64,000 bases of DNA from Eledone cirrhosa (Eukaryota), in the NCBI GenBank assembly GCA_964016885.1, contig OZ024743.1:77252001-77316000 (forward strand). Direction: 5' to 3'. The notes under the pieces are model-generated. The model was not told the origin of the DNA. It searched no databases and was given only the letters and a program-made list of their open reading frames with translations. Shown here piece after piece: positions 39,632-52,240 of this stretch (the stretch's first letter is position 1; the number at the start of each line of letters is the position of its first letter). A program made the position numbers and the translations under genes.

Positions 39632-40182
39632 GTAAGTAGTTAGTAATATATTCTTCTCAAAATAAGTAGTTAGTAATATATTCTTCAAAGTGAGTAGTTA
39701 ATAACATTTTCTTCAAAATCAAAAGACAATTTTCTTGTTTTGTTTGGTTTTTAGAAATGTTTCATAATTTCCACACATCTTCATCTCTGTTTCTATGTTT
39801 ATTGATTTGAAATATTAATGATTTCTTTTTTTTTAATTGGATTAACTTAATTTGGTTTATATTTTCATTCTAAAAGAATTGTGAATAATTTGTAATGTTA
39901 TTTATGCAACTGTGAATTATTTAACACCAGTTTAATGAAAGATATTCGTGTCCTGGCCAGCTATGTTTCTTTTAAACATTTCTAATAAAGTAAACCTAAT
40001 ATGTGTGTGTGTGTATACATTTATATATATAGGAAAAGGTTCAGGGCCCTGGTGGCAGAGCTCAAGTCGTTTCGACGGCTATTTCTGGACCGACTCTACT
40101 ACCCAAAGTATCGAGTACTCTGGTGCATTATGGTCCACCTGGTTCCTTACCACACTTCTTTCGTTATATATATATATATATA

Positions 40183-41255
40183 AAGGTAGGAACTCCATTC
40201 TCTGCCCCAAATGCAAACAATGGGTACACAAGAGATGTAGCAGGATCTCAGGAAGCTTAATTAAGAATGTAGGCTTCACATGCAGCAGCTGTGATGAGAC
40301 AGCAAGCAGCAAACAGCCACAGGAAACAAGTACCACCAATCTCTGGGAGGGCTCTGTAGAAACAGTAGACAGCTTCTGCTACCTAGGTGACCGAATTAGC
40401 AGCGGAGGTGGGTGTTCAGAAAGTACAATAACTAGGGTAAGAACGGGATGGAAGAAGTTTAGGCAACTACTACCACTGCTAGCTGCAAAAGGCTTCTCCC
40501 TCAGAATGAAAGGCAGACTGTATGATGCGTGTATCCGAACAGCAATGTTGCATGGTAGTGAGACCTGGGCGCTGAAGGTGGAAGACTTACATAGATTAGA
40601 GAGAAACGAAGCCTGCATGCTCCGATGGATGTGTAACAGTAATATACGTGAACGACAAAGCATAAATGAATTGAGAGAGAGACTGAGCATAAGAGGAATC
40701 AAATGCTGTGTGCAGGAGAGGCGGTTGCGCTGGTATGGACATGTGATGCGTATGAAGGATGACAGCTGCATAAAAAGGTGCAGAGCACTAGAAGTTGATG
40801 GAAATCGGAGTGGGGAGACCCAAGATGACCTGGGATGAGGTGATAAAAGCCGACCTTACCCAATTACACCTCTCAAAGGCAATGACACACGACCGTGACT
40901 TCTGGCGTCACGCAGTAATACAGAGTACCCGACCTCCCATGGGTACAAGCTGAAGCATATAGACAATATGCCCCCACTCCCCCCACCACAAGGTGGTCGT
41001 GGAGGTGCCACGGCAAAAAAAGCACCCAGCCCACACTGTAAAGTGGACGTGTAGGCGCCACAAAAAAGCACCCAGCACTCACTGTAAATGAGGTTGGTGT
41101 TAGGAAGGGCATCCAGCTGTAGAAATCAAGCCAAATCAGTTCCTGTATGAGCAAGGCATAGTCGGCCGACCAGACACTGCCCACAACAGGACAACCCATC
41201 TAACCCATGCTAGCGTGGAAGAACGGACGTAAAACGGTGATGATGATGATGATGA
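40183..41255 (+). mobile_element. RTE LINE 3' fragment with long 3'UTR and (GAT)n tail
   Basis: NSILCPKCKQWVHKRCS, FCYLGD, LHGSETW, ERRLRWYGHVMR. Confidence 0.88.
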
Positions 41256-41316
41256 TAAAAAGAGAGAGATATTCTGACCAACACAAATACAACATACACA
41301 CCAACATATACCAACC

Positions 41317-41375
<59 letters not shown>

Positions 41376-41469
41376 CACTCTGTATAGCTCTACACATCAT
41401 CACAGAAGTGAACCTAAACATCGAGTGCTCACCCGGGTGAACCTGCAGTAACTCCTAGTTACACCCACT

Positions 41470-41515
<46 letters not shown>

Positions 41516-41702
41516 GGAAGTTTTGTAAAATCGAAGCTTCGGTTGTAGCCAAGCCAACGAGATTCAATGAGGAATTGTGCAGCCAAGCACTCGATGAGAT
41601 GAGGAATCTCAGAGTAATAACATTTGTTAGACGGCATGACAAATTGAAAACCGTGGCAGGTAAACCCAGCCACGACACCGAGGCAACGAGAAAACCAACA
41701 GG

Positions 41703-41754
<52 letters not shown>

Positions 41755-41756
<2 letters not shown>

Positions 41757-44048
41757 CCAGGAGCGAAGCTAGGAGACAAGTGTACTTCGCAAGAAGGGAA
41801 GCAGAGGAAAGAAAATTCAAGCATGTTCTACAACGCGAGGACCAAAAACGTGAGGTGTTCAGGATTGCTAGGCAATGTGTCAAGGAAAACCGTGATATTG
41901 TCGGGGAGAAGTGTGTACTTAATGATGATGGTGTACTTGCCATCACTGACGCTGATAAGAAGGTAGCTTGGAAGTGTCACTACGAAAGGCTACTAAATGA
42001 GGAGAATAAATGGGAGAAAGACAGTCTCCCCCACATCAATCCAATAGAGGGACCAGCAGTGTTAGACGAAGGTAGTATAATAAGTAAGGCAATCAAAGAT
42101 ATGAAGACGGGTAAGGCGGCTGGGCCTTCGGAAATAGTTGCTGAAATGCTGAAAGCTTCTGGAATGGTGGGACACACCATGGTCACCCGGATAGTAAACC
42201 AAGTCATACAGAATGGGGTTGTTCCGAAGGACTGGCGTAGCAGCAGCATCATCAACTGCTACAAGGGTAAAGGAAATGCCCTAGATAGGAGTAACTATAG
42301 AGGCATTAAATTAATCGACCAGGTCATGAAGGTCACAGAAAAAGTAATACCGCAACTAATCAGAGAGAGAATTGATCTAGATGAAATGCAGTTCGGGTTT
42401 GTGTCAGGTAAAAGTACCACAGACGCTCTTTTCATTGTATGACAACTACACGAGAAGTACCTAGCTAAAAGTAAACCCCTATACTTAGCTTTTGTCGACT
42501 TGGAGAAAGCCTTCGACAGAGTCCCCCGTTCCATTATCTGGTGGGCTCTTAGAAAACTAGGGGTTGATGAATGGCTTGTGAGAGCTATACAAGCCATGTA
42601 TAAAGAAACAGTCAGCAAGGTTAGAATTAACAACGAATATAGTGAAGAGTTTAGCGTAAAAGTTGGTGTTCATCAGGGCTCCGTTCTTAGCCCCCTACTA
42701 TTTATTATTGCCCTTCAGGCTATAACAGTGGAGTTCAAGACCAGCTGCCCATGGGAACTCCTATACGCAGATGATCTAACGCTCATAGCTGAATCAATGG
42801 TCGAACTAGAGAAGAAATTCCAAACATGGAATCATGGCCTAGAATCAAAAGGCCTTAAAATTAACCTGTCTAAGACTAAAGTTCTAGTTTGTAGGAAGGA
42901 AAATAGGGCACCGGTCCCATCCGGGAAATGGCCATGCTCAGTGTGTAGGAAAGGAGTAGGTAGAAACTCCATTTTATGTCCTGAATGCAAAGTATGGGTG
43001 CATAAAAGATGTAGTGGGATCACAGGTAAGCTAACTAAGAACATAGATTTTATATGTGGCCGGTGCTCTGGTGCAATAAGTAGCAGCAAGTGCCCACAGA
43101 ATACTAGCTCATTCCATTGCACAGATGGTTCTATAGAAATAGTGGACAGCTTCCGTTACCTGGGTGACAAAATCAGCAGTGGGGGAGGGTGCTCTGAAAG
43201 TACAGTAGCTAGAGTCAGAACTGGATGGAAAAAGTTCAGAGAGCTTATACCACTATTAGCCGCTAAAGGGTTCTCTCTAAAAATGAAAGGCAGGCTGTAT
43301 GATGCCTGCATACGAACAGCAATGTTACATGGCAGTGAGACCTGGGCATTGTGTGCAGAGGATATACGCTGACTAGAGAGGAACGAAGCTTGCATGCTCC
43401 GCTGGATGTGTAATAGTAATATACGTGAACGGCAAAGCATAAACGAACTAAGGGAAAAATTAGAAATAAGAGGGATCAGATGTTGTTTACTCGAGAGAAG
43501 ACTACGTTGGTATGGTCACGTGATGCGCATGAAAGACGACAGCTGTATAAGGGCAATAAAAATAGACAGTAGCCACGGAGTAAGCAGACCCAGAAAAACC
43601 TGGGACTTGATAAATTCCAACCTCACACACTTGTACCTCTCCAAGACAATGTCACTGGACCGAGATCTTTGGCGCTACACAGTAATAGAGAAGACCCACC
43701 TTACCTAAGTACAAAGTGAAACCTACTACAGTCAGTAGGCACCTCTAACAAAACACACCCTCGTCCCATTACCACCCCTTTCAATGTAAAGTTATGTTGG
43801 TACCACAACATCCAGTCCGAAACAAATGAGGTCGTGTACGTGTCACGACAAAAAAACACACAGTCCACGCTGTAATGTGGCCGTGTATGTAACATGGTAA
43901 AAACCTCCCAGTCCACACTGTAAACATGGTTGGTGTTAGGAAGGGCATCCAGCCGTAGAAAACCTATGCAACCTTGCCTTAAGTGGGAAAACTCCCGTCC
44001 AAACCCATGCAAGCGTGGAATATGGACGTTAAACGATGATGATGATGG
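41755..44048 (+). mobile_element. 5'-truncated RTE LINE (RT plus Cys-rich insert), one frame with two nonsense codons
   Basis: ORFs 41780-42442, 42500-43372 and 43394-43708 share a frame; KAAGPS, NYRGIKL, DLEKAFDRV, HQGSVLSP, LYADD. Confidence 0.92.
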
Positions 44049-44195
44049 TGTGTTATATTTGTAAGATTCCTAACAATAAAAAATTGTATTTATTATATAT
44101 GTTTATATCTTCATTCTGAAATAATTGTGAACAATTTGTAATGTTACTTATAGAATTGTGAATAATAAAATCTATTAATCTTTTAAATTTTGTAG

Positions 44196-44300
44196 AAAAA
44201 TAAAAGATGCAATAATAAAATATAGTCGGAGTACTATAGTTGAATTACAGCAGCGATCTATAGAATATTCTTCTCTCTTCTCCAAATATGACCATATGAG
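44196..44300 (+). CDS. AP1G1: AP1G1 exon (KIKDAIIKYSRSTIVELQQRSIEYSSLFSKYDHMR)
   Basis: ttgtAG / GTaaca; ELQQR..EY motif. Confidence 0.95.
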
Positions 44301-44429
44301 GTAACACTTCATTCTTATGTCTCTAATTTCTAATTGTTGTCATTTTTCATAAACCTCATTATAAAAATATATGAAAATATATCTGATTTTATTTAACCAT
44401 TCTTCCACTTGAGTTTTTATATTGAACTA

Positions 44430-44710
44430 ATTCATCATCATCATCATCATCATCACCACCATCATCACCACCATCACCATCATCATCACCACCATCACCA
44501 TCATCGCCATCATCATCATCATCATCACCATTTTTCGTCCGTTCTTCTACACTTGCATGGGTTGGACAGGTCCTTCTCAGAACAGTATCTCTCCACTTAC
44601 TGTGTTTCTTTGTCATCTCCTCTGTGAGTCTTAGCTATTTGAAGTCAGCTCTTACCACGTCTACCCAGGTCTTCCTCAGTCTACATCTACTGCTATCCAC
44701 AGGCATTTCC
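44430..44710 (-). mobile_element. RTE 3' end with expanded (GAT/GGT)n tail
   Basis: KTWVDVVRADF..KWRDTVLRRTCPTHASVEERT followed by the tail. Confidence 0.7.
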
Positions 44711-45104
44711 TTATTAAATTTTTTTAATTAACATTATTTTCTTTTTAATTGTGCCACAAAAAAATGCACCCAATACTCCCTGTCAGGTGATTAGTGGTAT
44801 GAAGGGTTCCAACTGTAGAAACCATGCCGTAAAAAAGGTTAAGAGGATTCTTCAGTGTATCAAGGGCATAACAACTTCTCTGGTGTTGGTGACACAAAGA
44901 AACCCAGCCATAGAAAACTTACCGAACAAAGAGTATAGAGGACTCCTCATGTGTGTCAAGGACATGATAACATCCCTAGTGCTGGTGCAAGAACATATGT
45001 AAGCAAGACCCCCCCCCCCCCCCCACCTTCTGCCTATATGATAGTAACTTTGATTAAGTACTGACTTGGTCTGTGAGAAGCCATCCAACCCTTGCTTATT
45101 CTTC

Positions 45105-45510
45105 TCCTCCTATTCCTGGTGATTGGGAGGAGGCTATCCTCTCGACCAATACGCTACTGTGGGTGCTGCTGGTTGACTCCGATGATAATGTTCTTCCACT
45201 CTTCTTTATCCATGGTACTGACCTTACCATGGTCGAGGTCAAGGTACTGCGATCTCAGGTTCTTCTTGATTTGTTTTGTCCATGTCTTCCTTGGTGCGTT
45301 GTGCTGGATTCTCCAGTGCATGGGTTGCTGTCCTGACAAAAGCTGGTGTGGTAGTCTTTTGGTGCTCATTCTGCAGACGTTGCCAAACCACTGTTGCCTA
45401 CATTGCCAGATTTAGTCTTAAATGGTCAGCTGCTGCTGGCACTGTTCTCGGATGCTGTTTGAAAATTGGTCACGTTAAAGAGACACCAAGGGTCTGACGA
45501 AGACATCTCA
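45105..45510 (-). mobile_element. RTE-like 3' fragment
   Basis: RMSTKRLP, PRKTWTKQIKKNL..DKEEWK. Confidence 0.6.
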
Positions 45511-45829
45511 TTTAGAACAGGCATTAAATGATGATGATGATAGGTTTTTTTAAACATTATTTCAAGTGAATTGTTATACATTATTTATAAACCTTTTATA
45601 TTATATTATCTTTTAATAGACTGTGTTATAAGACATATTTTAAATCACTATTCACAATGTCCATTTGTTTTTGTTTTAAAGTCATAACTGAAACAGTGCC
45701 TCATGCACCATTTCCTTCTCCACATTCTTGTCAATTCTCTTGTTATTTATTATGGATATATTTAATTAGAATCAACTATGTCATTGTTTGAATCTTCTAT
45801 TTGTTTCTCTATAATGTTTGTTGTTGTAG

Positions 45830-45965
45830 AGGTGCCCTGCTGGAACACATGCCTTTGATTGAGAGTAAACGCCAGAGTATGTACAACACTGACAGTATAC
45901 AAGACCACGACTTATTAAATGGTGATGTTGAAAAGACCAATGTACAGAACACTCAACATACTGAG
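45830..45965 (+). CDS. AP1G1: AP1G1 exon (GALLEHMPLIESK...NTQHTE), trunk end / hinge start
   Basis: ttgtAG / GTatat; ALLE.MP motif; phase fits both neighbours. Confidence 0.9.
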
Positions 45966-46454
45966 GTATATATATACTAAGACTATTAGCATTCTTTAGT
46001 ATATGAGAGTACATGAGTAAGACTTGCACAAAATGTACAAAACACCAATATAACACGAAAAATTAAAGCCTTTACCTTAATATTGTGAATTTTCACAATG
46101 GATTTTTCACTAATAAAGATACGATAAACATTTGAATGGACAAACTTGTTGCAGAATGTTAAGATTTAAAAACTAAACTTGAAGATATTAAATTAGCTAA
46201 TGTTTAAAGTTTACAGAAAATCTTGTTTTTAAAGACACCACCTTAATATTAGACCTAAATGTTAAACCAATAAGTTTTATTAAACTGCAGTTTAATCTAA
46301 GTATATTTTAAATAGCATTTGAAGGTTTGAAGTTACATCTGATTAAATTAAATCTTGGAATTTCTACAAGGTCAGCTAGTATCCTTTAAATCCTTTACTA
46401 ATCTAGCATTTTATGAGTAGGTTTATTGTATTTTACACCCTTCTTCTTATTATT

Positions 46455-46835
46455 ATTCCTGAGAGGGTCGTGGGGACAGAGTCCTCAAACACTTCTTCCA
46501 GCAGGTCCTGTCAGAAGCAGCCGTCTCCAACTGATCCGGTTGGATCCCCAAGTGAGACCAGCCAAGCTCATGGACGTTATCCAACCACCTTGCTCAGGGT
46601 CTACTCCTGAGTCTCCTGTTGGTTGGTTTTGCTCATAAAATCTATCCAGTGATTCTTTCCTGAGACATTCTAACCACATGCTCATAGTATCAGAGCTGTG
46701 ATCTCTCAAATCAGAGAAATAGTGGCTCTACCTGGAGTGACTCTTTGAACTCCGAGTAACACGCTCTATTGAGTAACATTACTCCAAAGACCCTTCGGAG
46801 GAACCATGTTTCAGCTGCTTGTATTTGCGATCCTA
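46455..46835 (-). mobile_element. RTE-like 3' fragment
   Basis: QIQAAETWFLRRV, ERSQL.YY.HVVRM, ASDRTCWKKCL. Confidence 0.6.
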
Positions 46836-47132
46836 AATACAAGTCACCAAAATGAGGTTATTCTACATAATCAAATGTTAATTAACTTATTTAATCAATT
46901 TAAATTTAATATTCTGTAAAAACATAGAAAATCGTAAAAAACAATAACATTAATTAGTTATCCTGTGGCAGACTCTTTAATAATAATTAAACATGACTTG
47001 CAAGCAGGGAAAAGCAGATGTAAAATGATGATGATGATGATGGCTAGTTTTTATTGTGGTATTGAGGTCTCCAGACTTATATTGACATCTACACTAACAA
47101 CTTTCTATTTGTTTGTATTGTATTACCTACAG

Positions 47133-47283
47133 AGTCAAAATATTTTGGATCTTATTGGTGATCTTGCATCTGATCCAGTCATAAATACCAACCAAGAACC
47201 ACAGAAACCAACTGCTGCCACGGATCTTCTTGATCTTCTTGATGTTGGCGTCAGCAGTACCAATTCAGACAATATAAATACAG
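47133..47283 (+). CDS. AP1G1: AP1G1 hinge exon with clathrin-box-like ILDLI and LLDLL
   Basis: tacAG / GTtagt; SQNILDLIGD...TDLLDLLD. Confidence 0.9.
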
Positions 47284-47463
47284 GTTAGTTTCTTTGAAAT
47301 AATTTTTGTCTTTTTGCCTCCACTATTGTGATGATGATGATGATCTTGTTGGTTACACAATTCAATTTGTGATACACTGAAATAAAGCTTATGGGAGCAT
47401 TTACCAGCTAGCCATGAAGTCCTTTCATTGTTTAAGTATGATGATCTAAGGATAATTACATCT

Positions 47464-48493
47464 TAACCCTTTAGCATTTAAACTGCCTTCCCTCTTCCTG
47501 TTATTCCAATGACAAGGAACATTCTCCATATTGAATAAGCCAGGAATCCCCTGCAACCCACCTCAACTAGAAATAGCTATGTCTGTTATCTTTTCTCCTT
47601 AAACTCCTTCACAATATCTACTATCATTTCAATACCTTACTATGATTTCAATATCATTTCAATATCTTACTATGAACCCATGCTAGCGTGGAAGATAGAC
47701 GTTAAACGATAATGATGATGATTTCAATATCATTTCAATATCTTACTATGATTTCAATATCATTTTGGGAGAAAATTGTTACTTCCTTTTATTATAGGTT
47801 TTAGAATATTTTAATTCTTTTATCTTTTTAACATTTAAACCGGCTATATCCTGCCATAATTCTCTTACCTCTTTCTGTTCAAACCAGCTGTGACCAGCCA
47901 CTCATACTGATGTTAAGGTATTATTCTCAAAATAAATAATATCAAAATCTCATAGATACTATATTATGTGAGGTAAACCTTTACCACAAAAATGTAATAG
48001 TAAATATAGAGTAATCATCATCATAATCGTTTAACGTCCATCTTCCACGCTAGCATGGGTTAGACAGGAATTGTCCCACTTGAGGTAAGATTGGTTGGGT
48101 GACCGTGTCTCACTCGTATAGGACTATCTGGCAGCTTTTCTATAGCTAGATGCCCTTCCTAACACCAACCACATTTACAGTGTAGAACTGGGAACTTTTT
48201 ACTGTGTTACCTACACGGCCACATTACAGTGTAGACTGTGTGTTTTTTGTCGTGACACCTACACAATCTCATTTATTTGGACTGGATGTTGTGATACCAA
48301 GATAACTTTACAGAGAAAGGGTGGTCTTGGTGGGAGGGTGGAATAGGGGTAGTGGGTTGGGGTGTATATTTGGTTAAGAGGTGCCTACTGACTGTAGGTT
48401 TCGCTTTGTACATAGGCAAGGCAGGTCTTCTGTATTACTGAATAGCGCCAAAGAGCTCTGTCCAATGACATTGTGTAAATGCTAAAGGGTTAA
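47464..48493. mobile_element. piggyBac-like MITE(s) with nested RTE 3' fragment (about 48015-48475, minus)
   Basis: TTAA-ccctttagcattta ... taaatgctaaagggTTAA. Confidence 0.6.
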
Positions 48494-48582
48494 AAAATAA
48501 TGAGAATATTTTTTGAAGGAAATAATGTTTCTGTTATTTTTTGATATTCTGTGTTACAGCAAATCATGTGTTTATCCAATCA

Positions 48583-48910
48583 TATTCTCGGGTCATAAAT
48601 AATAGGTGGAGTTGAAATAAGTGGGAGTGTGGGGTGGAAAAAAATGGATATTTTTTCTAGGTTATCTCCCTTGATCTTTTTAAAAACCAGAATTAGTAAT
48701 TTAGTTTACATAGAGACCCCCTCCCAACCCATCCTATTTATTTAATAACGTATGGGATTTTTAGTAATGTACTTATTTTGCCATGTATGTTTTTTAATAT
48801 CTAAAGAAAATTGTCACAGGAATGCTACCACTTCAAATAAAATGTCACTACAGATAGATTAACAAAAATTAATATGTGGGGTGGGGACGATTATTCGAGA
48901 CCCCAGAGTA
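48583..48910. mobile_element. TA-flanked MITE (family also at 63004-63359; partial inverse copy about 59780-59965)
   Basis: Ends tattctcgggtc ... gaccccagagta; shared core cccatcctatttattt..atatgggattt.tagtaatgtac. Confidence 0.65.
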
Positions 48911-48949
48911 TTCATGTTTAAAAACTGAATGTCATATATTCTTATGTGT

Positions 48950-49415
48950 AGAAACATGGCTTAGTGGTTAGGTTGTTGGACTCACAATCATAAGATCATG
49001 AGTTCAATTGTCAGCTGAGGTGGCACATAGTAGTGTCCTTGAGCAAGGTACTTTGTTTCATGTCACTCCAGTTCATTCAGCTGGAAATAATGAGTACCAG
49101 CATTAGCTGAGTATTCCACAGACATGTGTACCCTTAATGTAGTTCTCAGGGAGATTCAGCATAACACTGTGTGATAAGGCTGGCTCTTGAATTACAGGTA
49201 CAGTCCAGTTCTCAGGGAGATTCAGCATGACACTGTGTGAAAAGGCTGGCTCTTGAATTACAGATATAACTCATTTTTGCCAGCAGAGTGGACTGGAGCA
49301 ACATGAAATAAAGTGTTTTGCTCAAGGACACAACATTCTGTCTAGTCTGGAGATGAAACTCACGATCCTATGATAGTAAGTCCAGCACCCTAACCACTAA
49401 GCCATGTACCTTCAA
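48950..49415. mobile_element. Tail-to-tail inverted pair of SINE B copies
   Basis: + head catggcttagtggttagg at about 48956; minus head ctaaccactaagccatg at about 49390-49406. Confidence 0.8.
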
Positions 49416-49739
49416 AAGAAAAAATTTGTGGCTTTCCAAAATTGTTTGTCACAAAATTCTGTGTTAACCCTGTTTTTCTACAACAAATCTCTCCACAATC
49501 TACAAACCTGAACTGTGCATCATCAAAAGCTGCATATCACACCATAGACCATATATAATAATAATAAGGATTTCTAGTATAGGCACACGGCCATTAATTT
49601 GTGGGGAGGGAAAGTCAATGAAATCGACACCAGTACATTACTGGTGCTTTATTTTATCGATCCTGTAAGGATGAAAGGCAAGTGAGGTAATAATAATAAT
49701 AATGAAAAGGTAATAATAATAATAATGAAAATGATTGTG

Positions 49740-50095
49740 AAAAGGTAATAATAATAATAATAATGAAAATGATTGTGTACAGTGCTCAGGTGCACTACAA
49801 CTCATCAAAGGTGCATGTATAGTACATAGAATAATGTACAAATGTCAGGAAAGTAAACAGTATGAGTCATGATATACACACACACCTGTGTGTATGGAGG
49901 GGGGGGGGGGATATTAGGTGCAGTGTTGGAAAATTTCGGGAAGCATGGAGGTTTTGAAGGATGCAGTGTCCCAACAGCTAACAACTGATGCAGGTAGTTT
50001 GTTCTATGCTTCAGCAACTCTGAGCGTGAAAACATGTTTCTGAAAGTCATGGGAGCTGTGCTGTTTTCTGATTTGTAACTATGTCCATGGGCCAA
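49740..50095 (-). mobile_element. CR1/L2-type LINE 3' end
   Basis: GHSYKIRKQHS..FTLRVAEA.NKLPASVV; (ATT)n tail. Confidence 0.7.
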
Positions 50096-50127
50096 AATGT
50101 AAAATATATTTTCTTTTCTCTACATAG

Positions 50128-50208
50128 GTCCCCCTTCAATGAATAATTTGATAGATGGTCTTATACATTCATCTACACCTTTGAACAACCAAATTAATGG
50201 CAAATCTG
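50128..50208 (+). CDS. AP1G1: AP1G1 hinge exon (GPPSMNNLIDGLIHSSTPLNNQINGKS)
   Basis: Pyrimidine tract + catAG / GTgagt; phase 1-1; LIDGL resembles the LLDGL hinge motif. Confidence 0.85.
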
Positions 50209-50649
50209 GTGAGTGTTTTTAACTTTCAATTACAGTCCTTTAAATTGAGACTGATATTTTATAAATTGTATTAAATCTAATTAAAATGCAATTCCATCCA
50301 CCGTTATGCTGCTTAAGAAAATGTGATCAATCTAAATCAATCTTTATTGATATCTTATTGTATTTATATATCTGGTGTAGAATAGGTACGTCATATCCCT
50401 GTATGGTGTAATAAGCAACTAAAAGGGTTGGCAAGAGGAAGGGCATTCCAACTGTAAAACATTGCATCAAAAAGGACCTTATGATGAGTAAAGTTAAGCC
50501 TGTCATGAAACCCCCTGCTTTAGTAGGGAAGATGTCTTTGAAACACTTATTGTTGAGGTCACTGTTGATACCTATATATCCAAAGAAACATTGATATCTG
50601 TGTGTGTGTGTTATGGGAAAAGGGAATACATATGTACATACATACACAC

Positions 50650-51255
50650 ATGGTGGCTGCCAACTCGTTTTCGAGTACGGCCACTACTTTATATCCATGT
50701 AGGAGAACCCCTACCGATGCGCTGAACGAGTGTGACTTTTTAGTCCAGCCAGCGACTTGAAAACTCTGGTACAAACACTACACTTGTGACAATTATTGAC
50801 ACATAGTGCTGGGCCCATGGTACCATGTGACGGCAAGTGCAGAGAGATCTCCAGATATAAAGCAATGCCTGTGCCGTGAAGCTTTTATAGTGAGCAAAGG
50901 CACTGCACAAAGCCAGTCCCACTCTCTTAAGATGATATTTACCAAAAAGAAGAACAAGTCAACATCATTGGATACCATCAGGGTTGCAGGTGTTATATCA
51001 GTTTTCCTTCTCCTAGAATTCTGCCTTGACACAGGCTAAGGGGTCATCTCTCACGGTGATTTTGGATGGCCATTGACTCTTAAGAGCTCCTTTGCCCTTT
51101 GACAGGTTTTGTTTTTAGTCCTGCAGGATGTCCAAAGTCACCCTCCTCACCAAGAAACCTTGGTGGGGTTGCCAGTTTAGTCGCCAACGACCCGACCATG
51201 AGACAGGTTGTACTGGGATACATGTTACCAGTAGCACCAAGTGGTGACCTGACAT
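50650..51255 (-). mobile_element. Probable LINE 5'UTR/leader remnant
   Basis: GC-richer segment between microsatellites with ggtcgttggcgactaaactggcaacccc..taaaaacaaaacctg; assignment by resemblance only. Confidence 0.4.
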
Positions 51256-51343
51256 ACACACACACATACATACATACACACACACACACACGCATATATT
51301 TTGTCTTTAGTTTTTAACACCGCATAATTTCTTCATTTTTCAG

Positions 51344-51504
51344 GTTTACCACCTATTGTGGCTTTCAATAAGAATGGTTTGTTAATTGAGTTTCATTGTG
51401 AGAAGGATGAGACTCAGAGCGGTGTGACAACCATCAACCTTAAGGCTACTAATACAACTTCATTGGCAATATCAGACTTTGTATTTCAGGCTGCCGTTCC
51501 AAAG
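51344..51504 (+). CDS. AP1G1: AP1G1 ear (GAE) exon (LPPIVAFNKNGLLIEF...DFVFQAAVPK)
   Basis: ttttcAG / GTattt; FQAAVPK GAE signature. Confidence 0.96.
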
Positions 51505-51554
51505 GTATTTCTCTTCAGTCTCTCACTTTTGTTGTTATTTTTATGAACACCACA

Positions 51555-52240
51555 GTCATCATCATCATTTTACATCCGCTTTTCCTTGCTTGCAAGGGTG
51601 GGACTGGTCCTTTTCAGCACAGCATCTCTCCACTTGTCACGATCCTTCGTCATCTCCTCCGTGAGCTTCAGCGATCTGAGGTTTACTCTCGCCACCTCCG
51701 CCCATGTTTTTTGTGGTCTTCCTCTACCGTGTCTTCCTTCTACTGGGATTTCTTGGCACTTCTTTATCCAGCGGTCATCTTCCATGCACATCACATGTCC
51801 ATACCATCTCAGTCTCCTCTCCTACACACCACAACTTATCCTTCCTATACACAGTTTATCCCTCCTATACACAGTTTATCCCTCTTATACACAGTTTATC
51901 CCTCTTATACACACTTTATCCTTCCTATACACAGTTTATCCCTCCTATACACAGTTTATCCCTCTTATACCCAGTTTATCCCTTTTATACTCTGTTTATC
52001 CCTCCTATACCCAGTTTATCTCTCTTATACCCAGTTTATCCCTCTTATACCCAGTTTATCCCTTTTATACTCTGTTTATCCCTCCTATACCCAGTTTATC
52101 TCTCTTATACCCAGTTTATCCCCCTTATACCCAGTTTATCCCTCCTATACCCAGTTTATCCCTCCTATACCCAGTTTATCCCTCCTATACCCAGTTTATC
52201 CCTCTTATGCCCAATTTATCCCTCTTATACCCAGTCATTT
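51555..52240 (-). mobile_element. RTE 3' end whose ORF contains a 20-bp tandem expansion (51835-52235, about 20 copies)
   Basis: ERRLRWYGHVM..GRGRPQKTW..RDKWRDAV; unit ccagtttatccctcctatac derives from the LGIRGI codons. Confidence 0.85.

Noticed and set aside
40055-40110. Antisense hammerhead ribozyme (gtttcg motif, Penelope-like)
   Set aside because: The complementary CTGANGA core is not present.
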